A stretch of 64,000 bases of DNA from Phoronis australis. Lineage: Eukaryota > Animalia > Phoronida. This document shows, piece after piece, positions 61,401-64,000 of the stretch. Both the position numbers and the translations under genes were made by a program. Within the stretch, counting starts at the first letter, position 1; each line of letters starts with the position of its first letter. The DNA lies in the NCBI GenBank assembly GCA_002633005.1, contig NMRA01000513.1:186001-250000 (forward strand), given 5' to 3'. The notes under the pieces were generated by a model that saw nothing but the letters and a program-made list of their open reading frames with translations, was not told the DNA's origin and did no database searches.

Positions 61401-62574
61401 GGTCATGTATTGAATAGAGCGTCAGTACATGAGCGTGTGTTGTTCCAAACTTATGAGGAGAGTCCATGGGCGTTAATGTAGATAGAAATAAGCGTTGTGT
61501 TCAATTGCACTTGTTCTAGTTTTCAACGCTTACTCTTCTACTGCTTATTGCTAATAATTGCGAGTATATAAAGCTGTTGCAATTTTATCAAATGGCCATT
61601 ACGATTTATTGGTTCATTTGGCACACACCAATTTTGAAATTATGCATTCAGTCACGAAACCATGAACGTAAACCACTTACTTGCGAACTGTGTCGAATTC
61701 CGTCTTTGAAACACTGCCGTCTTTGTTAGTGTCATAGGTGAGCATGAACTCTTCGACTACTGATTCAGCAGCCTTTGAAAGGATTCCCTCGAGTTCATCG
61801 GCCGTAACTTTTCCATCCTTGTTTGTGTCGAGTTGTTCAAATTCCTTCCCTTCACCCTTTTTGAGCTCTGCCTGCTCTTTCGCGCCTTCCTTTTTCATCT
61901 CTGCTTCTTCTTCCTTGAAGGCATTCCTTCGCAATACCCCGGCGCTAAAAAGAAGACAGTTTAGACGTCAGGCACAGCAGCACGCACAGATGCTGACACG
62001 AAAACTTCGAATTGCTCCTCCTGCGTATAAGCAAATGGGTTTCTTGCTTACACAAATAATCGTATTATTATCGGGCTGTTTAAATTTACACATTGTGCCG
62101 CACTACAATATTACTTATTCACTGATCGCTTCTCTTACAGGATTTTTACAGCGAATGTGCACGGATTGATAAAACACGGGGTAATAAATAGCGACTATTT
62201 TGGGAAGTTAAAAAGAGTTTATCAAGTACCATACTACTAGCTAAAATCTAGTCAAAGTCACGTGCTCTCATTTAAAATACACGGCAATGTCTCACGTAAT
62301 CACTCATAGTCTTGCTTTTTAGAGAGGTCCTAGCGTTACTGAAGGGGAAGTAGGAATACGGTGACGCCACTTCACTTACGTCGCTTCCATAGGCCAATTT
62401 TGTAGTCAAGAACGGCTGGTGAATATTAACTGATTTTGAAAGATTTTAAAGATAACGGTACATTGGTATTTTTAGTAAAAAATACCACAGAAACTTCATT
62501 TGCCCTAAAGTTTGAAACAAATTTACTCACCTGCACAGGGCAACCAACAGACATGCGGCGATCAAGTACTTCAT
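55432..62574 (-). CDS. Gene B: secreted multi-EF-hand calcium-binding precursor (about 761 aa, 8 EF-hand pairs). Exons: 62531-62574, 61681-61944, 60494-60913, 59889-60125, 58347-58580, 57355-57651, 56999-57214, 56211-56507, 55855-56070, 55432-55492
   Basis: Signal peptide MKYLIAACLLVALCSA-GVLRR. All internal exons are phase 2-2 multiples of 3 with GTAAG(T/C) donors and DxN/DxDG loops. TAG stop at 55432-55434. Confidence 0.88.
55855..56070 (-). CDS. Gene B exon 8 (duplicate of exon 6)
   Basis: 216 nt; offset 1144 bp from exon 6. Confidence 0.88.
56211..56507 (-). CDS. Gene B exon 7 (duplicate of exon 5)
   Basis: KAKR-DLASEE..; 297 nt; offset 1144 bp from exon 5. Confidence 0.88.
56999..57214 (-). 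CDS. Gene B exon 6 (short; second EF loop deleted)
   Basis: DTNKDGKVSTDE..ILKGGSIDKKTF; 216 nt. Confidence 0.88.
57355..57651 (-). CDS. Gene B EF-hand pair exon 5 (long, KR)
   Basis: ESKR-DLASEE..DTNKDGKITGAE..DANKDGSIDKAE; 297 nt. Confidence 0.88.
58347..58580 (-). CDS. Gene B EF-hand pair exon 4 (short GD type)
   Basis: GDEKED..DTDKDGKISSAE..DTNKDGAVTKEE; 234 nt. Confidence 0.88.
58925..59463. repeat. About 188-bp duplication across the N gap at 59275; first copy followed by a GC-rich transposon end (59113-59274) inserted at TA
   Basis: Both copies end GGAGAGTA; only the first continues CAGCACACATCACGAATTTTTGGCCGACC with many CCGAC/GTCGG subterminal repeats. Confidence 0.75.
59889..60125 (-). 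CDS. Gene B EF-hand pair exon 3 (short GD type)
   Basis: GDKDEQ..DADDDGKITAAE..DADKDGAVTKKE; aag acceptor; 237 nt. Confidence 0.85.
60494..60913 (-). CDS. Gene B EF-hand pair exon 2 (long E/K-rich linker)
   Basis: DANGDGKVTPSE..DTDKSGGVDKKE; 420 nt. Confidence 0.9.
61681..61944 (-). CDS. Gene B EF-hand pair exon 1 (long, RR)
   Basis: AGVLRRNAFKEEE..DTNKDGKVTADE..DTNKDGSVSKTE; 264 nt. Confidence 0.9.
62238..62349 (+). mobile_element. Partial about 150-bp MITE in gene B intron
   Basis: AAGTCACGTGCTCTCATTTAAAATACAC..TCCTAGCGTTACTGAA shared with 52143-52294. Confidence 0.65.
62531..62574 (-). CDS. Gene B signal-peptide exon MKYLIAACLLVALC
   Basis: ttacag|ATG ... AG|GTGAGT. Confidence 0.85.
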
Positions 62575-63679
62575 CTGTAACAAACGAAGGTAAGCCCTGA
62601 AGTAATTTATGAAAACTTGTGTCACGGCTACACCTCTGTGTTTATACATGTATATAGGTCGTTGAGCACAACGCTGCCTTGCAAATGCTACGGTAAAAGG
62701 TAGCCCATTCATTACAAAATTCAGTTGACGTTCATTACGCAATTTTCATACGCTATGGCAACAAAATTATTCTATTCAAATTTCCTTTTAGCGTAAATCC
62801 TCTTTCTGAACTTAATTATCTTATATTGTTTGGAGAAATTTACTTGTAAAAAAGTGAAATTATGCGACTCCATGACTTGTGCAATGTTCGGTTGAAAATT
62901 ATGTGCAAAAACGGAATTCTGGGACATGTGATCACGTCATAAGCATCTTTTGTTACGCTTAATTTTGCTGGTTGTTACTACATGTATTCCGTCATTACTC
63001 TGAAGCAGGAGTTTGGTTTCTTTGTCAAATTTTATTTCTCTGATTGCAGACGGGAAGAATGCAGGTTCGACAATCGATGAAGTCTTAAGCGCAATCCCAA
63101 GATTTTGATACGGTACCAAAAGTTCATAAGTAAGAGCCCTGTATGAGTGTTCGTAATTAATCAATTTTTTATTTGATTTATAAACCTAAGCCTAATGGTT
63201 CGGGGCCTTAAAATGGAACTTAAACATCAATTCTTGATGATGTTCAAGTACATGTAGCATTGTCGTTTAGTTCCTGCTATACAGTATCACAGTTAGGAGC
63301 ATGCAAATGGTTTTAAATACTGGCGAACCACTTGCAGTTGAAAATCAAAAATACAAATTCGTCAGTTAGTTCAGGCTTTGTCGAAAAGATGATGTTGATT
63401 TTGAATAGATTATTTTGCGTTGATTTTAGTTATTTTTTAGATTAAAAATCAAATTAAAGAGTATTGTTAAGCCACACGATAGCAATTTTCATTGACGGCG
63501 AGATTACGACAGTTTAAATTTATGACCAGTTAAAAATTTTAACTGCACATGCGCAATATACTGCTCAGACAGGTCCCTTTCACTGACAACGGACCAAATT
63601 GTGCGACCTGGATTTTCTAAACAGAGCCCCTGGATTTTAAAAAACAAACAAACAATGATAACGAAGTAAAGTCACTTAC

Positions 63680-63759
63680 TTTGTCTTCTGAATCCGTAGA
63701 AGTCTTTTGGAACTTTCGATGGATGAAGTGAAGTCTTGAATCTTGCACCCCTTTATATA
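63680..63759 (-). promoter_or_regulatory. Gene B core promoter and non-coding exon 1: TATATAAA (63752-63759), Inr TCA+1CTTC (A at 63729), donor AAA|GTAAGT at 63679
   Basis: Canonical TATA 30 nt upstream of a perfect YYANWYY initiator, then a roughly 50-nt exon. Confidence 0.75.
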
Positions 63760-64000
63760 TCTTAGATCGGGACGATTAAAGCATCTGCCTGCTGCTCCGT
63801 TAATTTTGAGCCCTGTTCTTTTAATCAGTCATAATCATTTTCCTTTCAAGAGAATTTACAATTTAATTCGCGCTCGTAATTATTAAAAATTGTTTCTACC
63901 GGTATTCCTACCAGAAGTGTTGGGAATGTTATTCTGCTGCCCGCCATTACATTTGTACGAAACGGCCTTAATGGGAAGCATAATTGCTTCATTGCTTCCC

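Noticed and set aside
29042-61934. Cluster of about 14 independent small calmodulin-like genes
   Set aside because: The ORF 'stops' mostly lie within GTAAG/GTGAG donors and the 'starts' are intronic or internal; uniform phase-2 junctions join them into two genes
28968-62169. Plus-strand S/F/L-rich ORFs overlapping the EF-hand exons (e.g. 60413-60919, 61738-62169, 56304-56561)
   Set aside because: Antisense shadows of E/K/D-rich coding exons

Overview
AT-rich, intron-containing eukaryotic DNA, most likely a heterozygous marine-invertebrate-type genome. The assembly has single-N gaps at 19201, 32787, 41047 and 59275, each flanked by duplicated sequence. (1) 1-16696 (+) holds the 3' eleven exons of a Myb-repeat gene that matches SNAPC4/SNAP190; its 5' end lies outside the window. 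(2) 17.6-27 kb and 42.5-55 kb are intergenic and contain decayed Penelope-like, DIRS-like and Polinton/Maverick fragments plus several MITE families. Two of the Penelope relics in the window keep minimal hammerhead-ribozyme motifs. (3) The main finding is two tandem paralogous minus-strand genes (A: CDS 28160-38226; B: CDS 55432-62574) that the ORF track shows only as fragments. Each has a TATA/Inr promoter, a short non-coding exon 1, a signal-peptide exon starting exactly at cag|ATG, and then a chain of symmetric phase-2 exons, each encoding one EF-hand pair. Spliced by hand they give secreted acidic proteins of about 525 aa (12 EF-hands) and about 761 aa (16 EF-hand positions), Cys-free after the signal peptide, with no ER-retention signal. 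Dibasic KR/RR/RK sites sit at the start of the long modules. This suggests a still-expanding, exon-modular polyprotein system that releases 2-6-EF-hand calcium-binding units outside the cell. All gene models are hand-built from splice signals and frame arithmetic; no database search was run.
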